Below, piece by piece: positions 52,877 through 61,963 of a stretch of DNA of 64,000 nt. How positions within the stretch are numbered: the stretch's first letter is position 1; the number at the start of each line of letters is the position of its first letter. This DNA comes from an uncultured bacterium (lineage in GTDB: Bacteria > Vulcanimicrobiota > Vulcanimicrobiia > Vulcanimicrobiales > Vulcanimicrobiaceae). The notes beneath the pieces are model-generated. The model did not search any database and was not told the origin of the DNA. It worked only from the letters and a program-made list of their open reading frames with translations. The stretch spans positions 6,859 through 70,858 of the forward strand of contig CAZABL010000006.1 in NCBI GenBank assembly GCA_964483365.1. The letters are read 5' to 3'. The translations under genes and the position numbers were made by a program.

Positions 52877-53778
52877 TCGGCGACGGCGGGTTTGATCGAG
52901 CCGAAGCGGCCCGCCTGGAAGTCGTCGAAGGCCTGTGTGATCTCGTCGACGGTATTCATCACGAATGGGCCGTAGCGAACCATCGGCTCGCGCACCGGAC
53001 GTGCACTGAGCAGCAGCGCTTGGACCGGCTCGGTCCCACTGTTTTCGAGTGTGATCGATTCGCCGTCGTTCGCGAACACCGCGTAGTCGCCGAGCCGCAA
53101 CGCGCGATTGCCGATTCGTGCCACGCCGCTGAAGACGTAGATCGTCGCGGTCCAGTCACGCTCGACCGATTGGACGACCGACGTTCCGGGCGCAAGCGTT
53201 GCGTGCACGTACGTCCACGGCGTGACCGTGTGCACGGGACCTTCGACCCCGAATGCGGTGCCCGCGACGACGCGTGCCGTCACGCCTTCGCTTGGATGGA
53301 CGACCGGAATCTGATCGGCCTGCACGTCTTTGTAGCGCGGAGCCATCTCTTTGTTCGCGCGCGCCAAGTTCACCCAGATCTGAAATCCATGGCGTAGTCC
53401 GCCGGTACGCTGAAACTCTTTGGTCGGCATCTCGGAGTGCACGAGGCCACTGCCGGCGGCCATGTACTGCACTGCGCCGTCACCGAGTATGCCGTGATTG
53501 CCGTGCGAGTCCAAGTGCTCCATCCCACCGACGAGCAGGTAGGTGATGAGCTCGAATCCCTTGTGCGGATGGTCCGGCGCGCCTTCGGCTTCGTTCGGAC
53601 CGTAGACCATCGGTCCCAACTCATCGATGAGCAGGAACGGATCGACCTGGTCGACACCGCGTACGGGGATCGGACGGCGGATTTGAAAACCGCCACCTTC
53701 GATCGTCTCGATCGAGGGGATAACCCGCGCGAGCGAGCGCGGCGCGACTGAACTGGTAACGGACATTGCGGTCGTCAT
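52873..53778 (-). CDS. Pirin-family protein
   Basis: ATG 53778 (MTTAMSVTS) lies inside ORF 52873..54096. It has FLLIDELGP, HPHKGFELITYLL and a bicupin layout. Confidence 0.85.
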   Translation of the reverse strand: MTTAMSVTSSVAPRSLARVIPSIETIEGGGFQIRRPIPVRGVDQVDPFLLIDELGPMVYGPNEAEGAPDHPHKGFELITYLLVGGMEHLDSHGNHGILGDGAVQYMAAGSGLVHSEMPTKEFQRTGGLRHGFQIWVNLARANKEMAPRYKDVQADQIPVVHPSEGVTARVVAGTAFGVEGPVHTVTPWTYVHATLAPGTSVVQSVERDWTATIYVFSGVARIGNRALRLGDYAVFANDGESITLENSGTEPVQALLLSARPVREPMVRYGPFVMNTVDEITQAFDDFQAGRFGSIKPAVAD

Positions 53779-53809
53779 GACCCGGCGGCAGCGACCAGCG
53801 TTCCGACCG

Positions 53810-54556
53810 TTACCGCACGGGTACCGCGGCGTCGATGAGATCCGCGAGCGGGGCGAGCGTTTCACGCTCCTTGAGCGCGGCCGCCGTGAACGTGCAGGCG
53901 ATCCCGAGCGCCGCGATCGAGCCGCGGCGTGCGAGCGTGCGCAGTGCCGCCGCCACCATGTCGAGCGAGGGGCCGCCGGCGACCGGGAAGCGCAGCGGCG
54001 CGAGCTCGGCGGGATCGATGAGATCGACGTCGAGGTGGACGTACCACGGTGGTGCGGGGAGCGGGAGTTCGTCGAGCGCGTCGAGGGCGATCTCACGCAC
54101 CGCCGAGACGTCGAGCGCTTCGCCTTCGATCACGTCGACGCTGCGCGCGGCGACAACGACGCACGCGTCTTCGGGAACCGTGCGCAGACCGATCGGTTCC
54201 GTGAGCGCATATCCTGCACGGCCGACGAGCATCGCGAGCGCCATGCGGCTCAGATCGCCGTCCCGCGTCGTGCGTGGGGTGTGGAAGTCGGCGTGCGCGT
54301 CGAGCCAGATCACCCCGGGCTCGAGGCCGCGACGCTGCAGCCCCGCGACCGTTGCGAGTGCCGTGGTGCAGTCCCCGCTGAGGACCACGAGCGGCTCGGT
54401 TGCCACCGCGACGCGCGCCGCGACAGCATCGTAGAGGCGCACGAGCATGGGGCCCGCCGGCCCCTTGGAAACGATCACCGCGTCGTCGGCTGGAGACGCC
54501 GAGGCAAGCTGGGGGAGCGGCTCGGCGTGGTGAAAGGGGACGAGCAGCGTCTTCAC
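53810..54556 (-). CDS. Arginase/ureohydrolase-fold protein, short, with an atypical first metal motif
   Basis: ORF 53810..54556 (GTG start). It has WLDAHADFHTP and HLDVDLIDP, matching the DAHxD and xDxDxxDP motifs. LSGDCTT sits where GGDHS is expected. Confidence 0.7.
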   Translation of the reverse strand: MKTLLVPFHHAEPLPQLASASPADDAVIVSKGPAGPMLVRLYDAVAARVAVATEPLVVLSGDCTTALATVAGLQRRGLEPGVIWLDAHADFHTPRTTRDGDLSRMALAMLVGRAGYALTEPIGLRTVPEDACVVVAARSVDVIEGEALDVSAVREIALDALDELPLPAPPWYVHLDVDLIDPAELAPLRFPVAGGPSLDMVAAALRTLARRGSIAALGIACTFTAAALKERETLAPLADLIDAAVPVR

Positions 54557-54578
54557 GCGTATCGCTTCGAGCCTCCCG

Positions 54579-56027
54579 ATGGATCACACCGCTTCCCCTC
54601 ATCTGCCCTTGATCGCGCTCGAGCGCGTCAATGCCGACCTCGACGGTCGCCCCGTCCTCCACGACGTCACCTGGCGCTTGCAAGAAGGCGAGCAGTGGGC
54701 GATCATCGGGCCCAACGGCTCGGGCAAGAGCACGCTGTTGCGCGTGATTCGCGGCGATCTGTGGCCGCGCCGCGATGACGGCGTGCGCGCCTACGCGCTC
54801 GACGGCGGCCCCGAGCCGGTCGGCGCAGCGGCGACGCGGATCGGCTACGTCTCACCGGAGCTGCAAGAGCGGTACACGCGACTCGATCTTGCGATCGACG
54901 GGCGTGCGCTGGTCGCGAGCGGACTGCACGACGTCGTCTATCTCGCCGGGCCGCTCAGCGCCGACGACCACGCGCGCGTCAACGCGATCGTCGAACGGTT
55001 CGGCCTGCAGTCGCTGATCGACCGCCCGATCAGCGCACTCTCGTTCGGCCAGCTGCGCATGCTGCTGATCGCACGCGCGCTGGTCCGCATGCCGCGCGTG
55101 CTGATCCTCGATGAGTGCGCGAACGGCCTCGACCACCGCGCGCGCGGCGAGCTGGTCGCGTTCTTGGAACAGGTTGCCGGCACGACGCACGTGATCGTGG
55201 CGTCGCATCGCGGCGTCGAGCTCCCCGCGACGACGACGCACCACGCGCTCATCGAGGGCGGTCGTCTCGTCAGCACGGGGAGCGGGCTTCCACCGGAGCG
55301 GCGCAGTGCGACGTCGTCATCGCTGACAAGCGGCGAACGCCGTGCGCACGAGCGCCACGAGGTTCTCGTCGCGATCGAGCGCGCCGACGTGTATCGCGGC
55401 GAGCAGCGCGTGCTGCACCAAGTCGAGTGGTCGATCCGGCGCGGCGAGCACTGTATCGTGCGCGGTCCGAACGGTGCGGGGAAGAGCACGTTCGCCGGCT
55501 TGATTGCCGGGACGATCCCCGCCGCGCACGGTGCGTGCGTCATCCGTTTCGGCGAGCACGGCCCGTTCGATCTGTGGGCGCTCAAACGCCGCATCGCGCA
55601 CGTCTCGGACGCGCTGCAAACCGCGTACGATGCGAATCCGACCGTCGAAGGCGTCATCGCCTCCGGCTTCGTCTCGAGCATCGGCGTGATGCACGAACCC
55701 GACGAGGCCGAACTGCGCATCGTGCACGAGCTCATGCGCAAGCTTGCGCTCGAGCCGCTCTCGGGGCGGCGCTTCGGGACGCTCTCGTTCGGCGAGCGGC
55801 GCAAGGTGCTGATCGCACGCGCGCTCGTCCATCGCCCGGACGTGCTGATCCTCGACGAGGTGTGGAGCGGGCTCGACGCCGCGTTCCGCACCGCGCTCGC
55901 CGCGTTGCTCGACGAGCTGGCCGAAGGCGGGACGACGCTGGTCGTGATCTCGCACCACGACGACGATGTTCCGCCGTTCGTGCGCCGCACGTTCGTGATC
56001 GACGGCGGCCGCATCGCCGCCGCATAA
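54579..56027 (+). CDS. Tandem-NBD ABC ATPase without a membrane domain (ModF-like)
   Basis: ORF 54579..56027. It has two full nucleotide-binding domains (GPNGSGKST and GPNGAGKST, each with LSFGQ/LSFGE signature and DE Walker B motifs). Confidence 0.8.
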   Translation: MDHTASPHLPLIALERVNADLDGRPVLHDVTWRLQEGEQWAIIGPNGSGKSTLLRVIRGDLWPRRDDGVRAYALDGGPEPVGAAATRIGYVSPELQERYTRLDLAIDGRALVASGLHDVVYLAGPLSADDHARVNAIVERFGLQSLIDRPISALSFGQLRMLLIARALVRMPRVLILDECANGLDHRARGELVAFLEQVAGTTHVIVASHRGVELPATTTHHALIEGGRLVSTGSGLPPERRSATSSSLTSGERRAHERHEVLVAIERADVYRGEQRVLHQVEWSIRRGEHCIVRGPNGAGKSTFAGLIAGTIPAAHGACVIRFGEHGPFDLWALKRRIAHVSDALQTAYDANPTVEGVIASGFVSSIGVMHEPDEAELRIVHELMRKLALEPLSGRRFGTLSFGERRKVLIARALVHRPDVLILDEVWSGLDAAFRTALAALLDELAEGGTTLVVISHHDDDVPPFVRRTFVIDGGRIAAA

Positions 56028-56036
56028 CATCCTCGT

Positions 56037-56912
56037 CTAGACCGTCATCGTTGCGTGCATGACGGTCACGGCAGCGCCGGCGACAGTGATGCGGCCGATC
56101 GCGTCGGGCGGCTCGCCCCCGACCTCGACCTCGGCACGGCCGGGACGATGCACCGACGCACCTTGATGGACGACGTAGCGTCGCTCGTGCACGATCCCGT
56201 AGCGGGCACAGTACGCCGCCATTCCGCCGGTCGCAGAGCCGGTGAACGGGTCTTCGATCACGTCGCCGAAATCGGCGAAGTGGCGCGCTTCGAGCGCCGC
56301 TTCCCCGTCACCGCGCGCGAAGACGTGCACCGAGAACCAGTCGCGCGCGGGATGGCGGAACAACGCAGCACGATCGGGCTCGCAGCGCGCAAGCGCCTCG
56401 CGCGATGCGAGCGCGACCATGAGCTGCGGCGTTCCGGTGCTCACCGTCTGCGGTTCAACGTCCGGGAGCAGGTCGTCTTCGCTGAGCCGTAGCGCCTTCG
56501 CGGCCTGTGCGCGCGGGAACGTTGCGAGGAACGTCGGCGGCGGCTGCGACATTGCGTATGTCGTCGTCGCGCCGTTGCGAATCGTCACCGGAACGACCGC
56601 CGCCGGCATCCGCACGCGGACGACGTCACCGGGCGGGAGCGCGCCGCCCTCGCGCAGCGCGTGCACGGTCGCCACGGTCGGATGACCGGCGAGCGGGATC
56701 TCGCCGCTCGGCGTCCAGTAGCGCACGCTCACGTCGGCCTCGTCGTCGCCGGGGAAGACGAACGACGTTTCCGAGAGATTCGTCTCGCGCGCGATCGCCT
56801 GCATCGTCGCGTCGTCGAGCCCCCGCGCGTCGAGTACGACCGCACATGCGTTCCCCGCCAGCGGCGTGGTCGTGAACGCATCGACCCAACTGATCTGCAA
56901 CGCGCGTGCCAT
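56037..56912 (-). CDS. PhzF-family isomerase
   Basis: ORF 56037..56912, containing VDAFTTTPLAGNACAVVLD and ETNLSETSFV. Confidence 0.85.
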   Translation of the reverse strand: MARALQISWVDAFTTTPLAGNACAVVLDARGLDDATMQAIARETNLSETSFVFPGDDEADVSVRYWTPSGEIPLAGHPTVATVHALREGGALPPGDVVRVRMPAAVVPVTIRNGATTTYAMSQPPPTFLATFPRAQAAKALRLSEDDLLPDVEPQTVSTGTPQLMVALASREALARCEPDRAALFRHPARDWFSVHVFARGDGEAALEARHFADFGDVIEDPFTGSATGGMAAYCARYGIVHERRYVVHQGASVHRPGRAEVEVGGEPPDAIGRITVAGAAVTVMHATMTV

Positions 56913-56985
56913 ACGCGGACCCTTCGCTGCCGGCGTCGCGAACTCTGTGGTTCGCGCTGGTGGTCGCGCGGGTAGTGAGAGAGGG

Positions 56986-57888
56986 ATGCCCCGTCACGTG
57001 CTCCTTGCGGTGAACGAACGCGCCCGTCGCGGCCGCAACGCGCGCGAGCGCGCCGCGGCCGCACTCCGCGCGCGCGGGCACACCGTGATCGAGATCGAGC
57101 TCAAAGGGCGTACGCAGGCGCTCTCCGAGGCGATTTTCGCGCACCGTGACGACGTCGACACCGTCGTCGTGGGCGGCGGCGACGGAACGCTGCTGACCGC
57201 TCTCGACGGCCTCATCACGTCAAGCTTGCCGCTGGTCATCTTGCCGCTGGGGACGTATAACGAGCTCGCGCGCACGCTCGGTATCCCCACGAATCCTGAC
57301 GCGGTCGCCACGCTCGTCGAGGACGGCGTCCCGCTCCCACTCGACATCGGCTCGGTCAACGGACGCTACTATCTCAACGAAGCGTCGGTCGGGCTCTCGA
57401 CGCGCATTGCACGGCTGCAAACCGGGAAGGTCAAGGGTCGCTGGGGGATGCTCGCGGTGCCGGTGACGACGCTGCGCGCGCTGCGCTGGATGCGGTCGAT
57501 GCATCTGGAGATCGAGGACGAGTCGGGGTACCGCCGTATCGTACGTGCGGTGCAGCTCACCGTCGCGAACAGCTACCGCTTCGGCGGCTTCGTGGAGAAT
57601 CCGCAAGCGAGTTTGGAAGACGGCCGCCTGTGGCTCTATTCGATCGACGTCAACGGCCTGCCGCACACGCTCGGGCTGTTGCTGTCGATCCTGTTGCGCC
57701 GTTTCCCCAACGCGCCGGACGTCGTCGCGAGCCCGGGACGGAAGTTCGTCGTCCGCTCCGTCCATGAGCGACACTATCAGGTCCTCGCCGACAGCGAGCA
57801 CGTCGCCAACCTTCCCGCGGAGTTCTCGATCGTTCCCCACGGCATCACCGTGCTCGTCCCCGAAGCGACCCTGCGGGTGGTGCGCTGA
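56986..57888 (+). CDS. Diacylglycerol-kinase-fold lipid kinase (YegS/BmrU family)
   Basis: ATG 56986 lies inside ORF 56866..57888. It has VVVGGGDGTL and PLGTYNELAR. Confidence 0.8.
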   Translation: MPRHVLLAVNERARRGRNARERAAAALRARGHTVIEIELKGRTQALSEAIFAHRDDVDTVVVGGGDGTLLTALDGLITSSLPLVILPLGTYNELARTLGIPTNPDAVATLVEDGVPLPLDIGSVNGRYYLNEASVGLSTRIARLQTGKVKGRWGMLAVPVTTLRALRWMRSMHLEIEDESGYRRIVRAVQLTVANSYRFGGFVENPQASLEDGRLWLYSIDVNGLPHTLGLLLSILLRRFPNAPDVVASPGRKFVVRSVHERHYQVLADSEHVANLPAEFSIVPHGITVLVPEATLRVVR

Positions 57889-57994
57889 TGATGCGCTTCA
57901 TGAAGCCGCATGCATTGGCGCCGCGTATCGGCCACATCGATCCGGCTGCGCTGCGTCCGCGCGAGCGCGTCGTGCTGCGTGGGGTGCCGCGGAT

Positions 57995-58852
57995 ATGAGC
58001 GACGACCGTCTCGCCGAGGCGCGCACGCGTCTCGACGCGATTGCCGCGCGCGAACGTGCCGATCCGCTCCTCGATTCGCGCAACCTGACATCCTGGTGGC
58101 TGCAGGACGAGGTCGCCCCGACTGCCGTCGTGCTGATCCACGGTTTCACGAACGGACCGCTGCAGTACGCGCAGCTTGCGCCGCAGCTGGCCGCGCGCGG
58201 ACACGCCGTCATCGTGCCGCGCATCCCGTACCACGCGCACCGCGACCGTCTCACGACCGCGATCGCAAAGCTGCGCGAGGATGATTGGGAGCGCGCAACG
58301 CTGCGCGCGATCGCGATCGCCGCGCTGGCGGGTGAGCGGGTCGTCGTCGCGGGGATCTCGGTCGGCGGGACGCTCTGCGGCTGGCTCGCGAGCCGAACCG
58401 CGATCGATCACGCGATCGCGATTGCGCCGTTCTGTGGGATCCGTGAGCTCGCCGGCCGGATGAACGACGGCTTCGGCGCATTGCTACGGGCGTTCCCGAA
58501 CCGCTTTCTGTGGTGGGATCCGCGGCGCAAAGAAGGGCAGCTCCCGCTGCACGCCTATCCGCGCTTCTCGACGCGCGCGCTCGGGCGTTCGCTGCAGCTT
58601 GCGACGCAGCTCATCGATTCACGCGGTCCCAACGAGCGCGCACGCCGCGTGACGCTCCTGCTCAACACCGCCGAGCCGATCGTCAACAACGCCTACGCGC
58701 GCCGGCGTTTCTTCCGCCTGCGGCGCTTGCGGGTCCCGGTCGCCGTCGTGCGTATCCGCGTCCCGCACACGCACGACATCATCGAACCGGAGATCCCACA
58801 AGCGCGCCCAGACATCGTCTATCCCAAACTCATCGCGCTCATCGAATCATAG
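57995..58852 (+). CDS. Alpha/beta-hydrolase-fold protein
   Basis: ATG 57995 lies inside ORF 57545..58852. It has VVLIHGFTNGP and the nucleophile elbow GISVGG. Confidence 0.65.
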   Translation: MSDDRLAEARTRLDAIAARERADPLLDSRNLTSWWLQDEVAPTAVVLIHGFTNGPLQYAQLAPQLAARGHAVIVPRIPYHAHRDRLTTAIAKLREDDWERATLRAIAIAALAGERVVVAGISVGGTLCGWLASRTAIDHAIAIAPFCGIRELAGRMNDGFGALLRAFPNRFLWWDPRRKEGQLPLHAYPRFSTRALGRSLQLATQLIDSRGPNERARRVTLLLNTAEPIVNNAYARRRFFRLRRLRVPVAVVRIRVPHTHDIIEPEIPQARPDIVYPKLIALIES

Positions 58853-58870
58853 TCGAGCGCCGTCACGACG

Positions 58871-60505
58871 TCATGGATTTTGCAAGACCCCGACGTCCGG
58901 GACGCCGGTGAGGCCGGGCCCGCACCTGAACGAGCTCGCGCTCGTGGTGCTGCCGCCGATGTACTTCATTTCCATTGGATACGGGCAGAGGTTGCGCGTG
59001 AAGAGCACGTTCTGACCCGTTGCGTCGAGCTTCCGTGCGAACAGGGTCTCCGGCGCGACCCCGCGCTCGACCCAATTGATGACGGGCGTCATCGGATCGA
59101 GCGTGTCAGGACCGACGCCTCCGGCGCAGTGTGTCATCCCGGGCACCATGAAGAGCCGGTACGATGTCTCCAGCCCTGTTCCGAACGTCCGCAGAAGATT
59201 CTCGTAGTTTCCGACGCTGGTAAACGGATTGATCGTCTGGTCCGACCACCCCGTGTAGGTCAGCATCTTTCCGCCGCGCTGCAAAAAGCCTCGCAGCTTC
59301 CCGGCATCCGCGACGTCGGCAACCTGACGTGCGCCCACGACGCGGAATGGATCGGACTCGAAATTGAAGGTCAGAGGGCTGAACACGTTTGCGCTCGCCG
59401 GGTACGGAAAGATGTACCTCATCATGGCTTCCGAGAGCCCGACGTCGCCTGAAAAGATGCTCGCGACGTAATTGGTGCCGAGGGCGGCCGGCGGATAATA
59501 CGGGCGTCCGCCGCTGATGATAGGAGAGATCGTCTTCTCATACGCGGCCAGCTCCGCGGCGGTGACGCAATTAGCGCCATTGGTACCGGCCGGACATATC
59601 GTGAGATCCTTCGCCGGATTGAAGACGCCGATGCAACGCCGGGGGTCGGTGATGAGCCCGTCTTGCACTCCGTCAAGCGCGTCACATTTCGCGTAGACCT
59701 GCGCCGAGACGTACTGCATCTTCGCCACGAGTTGGTCCGTCGTCTCTCCAAGGGGCACGAACGCGCGTTCAATCCACGCTTCCCAGATCGACGTGTCGAT
59801 CGGGTTGATCCACGGCGCACCCGCGACGATGCCGTTGAAATCCTCGGGGAACCGCTGCGCTTCCTCAAAGCCCTCACGGCCACCGTCGGAGCATCCGCTG
59901 AAGTACGTAAAGCGCGGGTCCTGTGAGTAAAAGATCTTGACCAACGCCTTCGCAGCGACGTTGGTGACATGGATCGCACGATAGGCCCAGTCGATGACGA
60001 GATCCGGCCGGTTCACCGCCCACGTCCCGTTGTGACCGTCGTTAGTGCTGTGGCCCGTGTCGGTGTGCGCGAACGCAAAGCCGTTCGCAATGCCGAGATT
60101 CCGCGACGCGACATTGCCCGGAGTGTCGAGAAAGTCGCCGGCCAGGCCGCCGTTGCCGGTGACGTACAGTCGCTGGTTCCACGCGACCGGGAGCGCGACT
60201 TCGAACTTGATGCTCGGTGAAACCACGCCGAGGACGTCGCAGAAGGCCGGCGTGACCGACGTCGCCGGCACGAGCTGAGCCGACGTGATCCTTGTCTGCG
60301 CGTCGAGCGCACGACCAGCGAGCGAGCCGCAAACGAACTGCGAGGTGACCGGCGTCGCTCGGTAATTCACGCCCGACGCGTTGGCGTCCAAGAAGTCCGT
60401 TGCGGCGACAGCCGGACGCGCATGCACCAAACAGAGCGGAAGAGTCAACGCTGTCGCGAGCGCAAGCGAAAGCGCACGCCGAACAGCGCGTGATCGATGT
60501 TGCAT
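58871..60505 (-). CDS. Secreted tannase/feruloyl-esterase-family hydrolase
   Basis: ATG 60505 lies inside ORF 58871..60592. The signal is MQHRSRAVRRALSLALATALTLPLCLVHARPAVA. It carries the family motif GCSDGGREG. Confidence 0.8.
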   Translation of the reverse strand: MQHRSRAVRRALSLALATALTLPLCLVHARPAVAATDFLDANASGVNYRATPVTSQFVCGSLAGRALDAQTRITSAQLVPATSVTPAFCDVLGVVSPSIKFEVALPVAWNQRLYVTGNGGLAGDFLDTPGNVASRNLGIANGFAFAHTDTGHSTNDGHNGTWAVNRPDLVIDWAYRAIHVTNVAAKALVKIFYSQDPRFTYFSGCSDGGREGFEEAQRFPEDFNGIVAGAPWINPIDTSIWEAWIERAFVPLGETTDQLVAKMQYVSAQVYAKCDALDGVQDGLITDPRRCIGVFNPAKDLTICPAGTNGANCVTAAELAAYEKTISPIISGGRPYYPPAALGTNYVASIFSGDVGLSEAMMRYIFPYPASANVFSPLTFNFESDPFRVVGARQVADVADAGKLRGFLQRGGKMLTYTGWSDQTINPFTSVGNYENLLRTFGTGLETSYRLFMVPGMTHCAGGVGPDTLDPMTPVINWVERGVAPETLFARKLDATGQNVLFTRNLCPYPMEMKYIGGSTTSASSFRCGPGLTGVPDVGVLQNP

Positions 60506-60699
60506 ATTACACCGTCCGCACATGGCAACAAACGTGGCGCAAGAAGGCACACACGTGTTAGCGGTATTTGCTACCGATATCGATGTTGGCACCTCCGCAC
60601 GCTTATGTCAATCGCTCGAGCGTTGCGTACGTTTGGTTTGCGCTGGTTCGCTGTGCACTCCAGCGACGCGCTGTACGTCTACTCGGCCGCTAATCGTGT

Positions 60700-61746
60700 T
60701 TACAGCGCTCCCACCGCGACATCGATCGGCTCGTCGACGGAATGGAGGAGTCCGGTTTTTACCAACCCTTGGTCGAAGACAACGACACTGTTCCCACTCG
60801 ACGGGGCACAGCAGGTTGCGACGTAGACGTTGCCGCTGGGATCGACCGCGAGATGTATCGGTGGATTCGTCGGCGGCAGACCGATCGTGCCGGTGTGCGT
60901 TGGCGCGGCGTCGCCGCGTGCAGTAGGCTCGTACACGGTCACCGTACCGTTCACTATGTTCGCGGCATAGATCTTGCCGTTCGCATCGACTGCCACGTTT
61001 GCCCCACACAGCCCCGTGTCTGCACCTTGAATCTCTCCGTCGGGCGCTGCGCTTCCATTTGCGTTCGCGGGGAAGATCACGATCTTATTGGACGGACCAC
61101 AGTCGCCGGCTGCGCCGCCGACATAGAGCTTGCCACCGGCGTCGGCTGCGAGACGTCCGGACAAGGCAATCGGAACGTCGATAGCACGCACCGGTGCGGT
61201 GTTCCCATTCGCGCCCGGCGGCAACACAAGGATTTGCGGAGCGACAGTATGCTTAGCATCAACGATGGAGACGTAGACGTTTCCATTGGGATCGACTGCA
61301 AGACCCTCAACGACGTCGTGTTGTGCGGTCGCGAAACCGCTGATTGTCCGAATCGGCGCGACGTTCCCGTTTGCTCCAGGAGCGAAGACGACGACCGTTG
61401 GATTCGCCGCTCCAGGGAACGCATTATTATTGAGGACATAGAGCTCGCCGTGCTGCCCCATCGCCATCGCCGACGGCACGGAGATCTGCGTGTTGTTGCC
61501 GCTAATCACGCGGATCGGCGCGTCCCGGTCTCTTGCATCTGACTGAAAGACGTTGACGGAGTTGAAGGGCGCACCCATCAACACGTACAGCGCGTATCGC
61601 GACCCGGCCGCGGCTCGTCCCTGTTCGGCCGGCGGTATCGCGCCGGCATTCTGTATTGGAGCGGAACCGCTCGTGCCGCCACCACCGCAGCCGGCAAGAC
61701 CCACGGCCAGCGCGAAGCCAATCAAGAACGAACGAAACGCCCGCAT
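60700..61746 (-). CDS. Lipoprotein built from about six beta-propeller-like repeats
   Basis: ORF 60700..61746. It has the lipobox VGLAGC. A recurring module has the form VF.PGANGN.AP.R.I.G ... AVD.NG..YV. Confidence 0.7.
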   Translation of the reverse strand: MRAFRSFLIGFALAVGLAGCGGGGTSGSAPIQNAGAIPPAEQGRAAAGSRYALYVLMGAPFNSVNVFQSDARDRDAPIRVISGNNTQISVPSAMAMGQHGELYVLNNNAFPGAANPTVVVFAPGANGNVAPIRTISGFATAQHDVVEGLAVDPNGNVYVSIVDAKHTVAPQILVLPPGANGNTAPVRAIDVPIALSGRLAADAGGKLYVGGAAGDCGPSNKIVIFPANANGSAAPDGEIQGADTGLCGANVAVDANGKIYAANIVNGTVTVYEPTARGDAAPTHTGTIGLPPTNPPIHLAVDPSGNVYVATCCAPSSGNSVVVFDQGLVKTGLLHSVDEPIDVAVGAL

Positions 61747-61963
61747 CGCTGTTCTCCCTCCACACGTACTGCCGGTACTTTGCCGGCACCATACTCAGTA
61801 CAGCGGACGGAGTAAGCGAAGGTCAACAGACGACTCCCGCCTATCTTGGAAGGTGAGCAAGCAGAGCGGTTGTTTCTTTAGAGGGCAAAGCTACCCGTTG
61901 GGTGCATTGACCCTCGCCGTCTCACACCATACGTTCTTCTGATCACCGCAGCGGGGAAGCACG

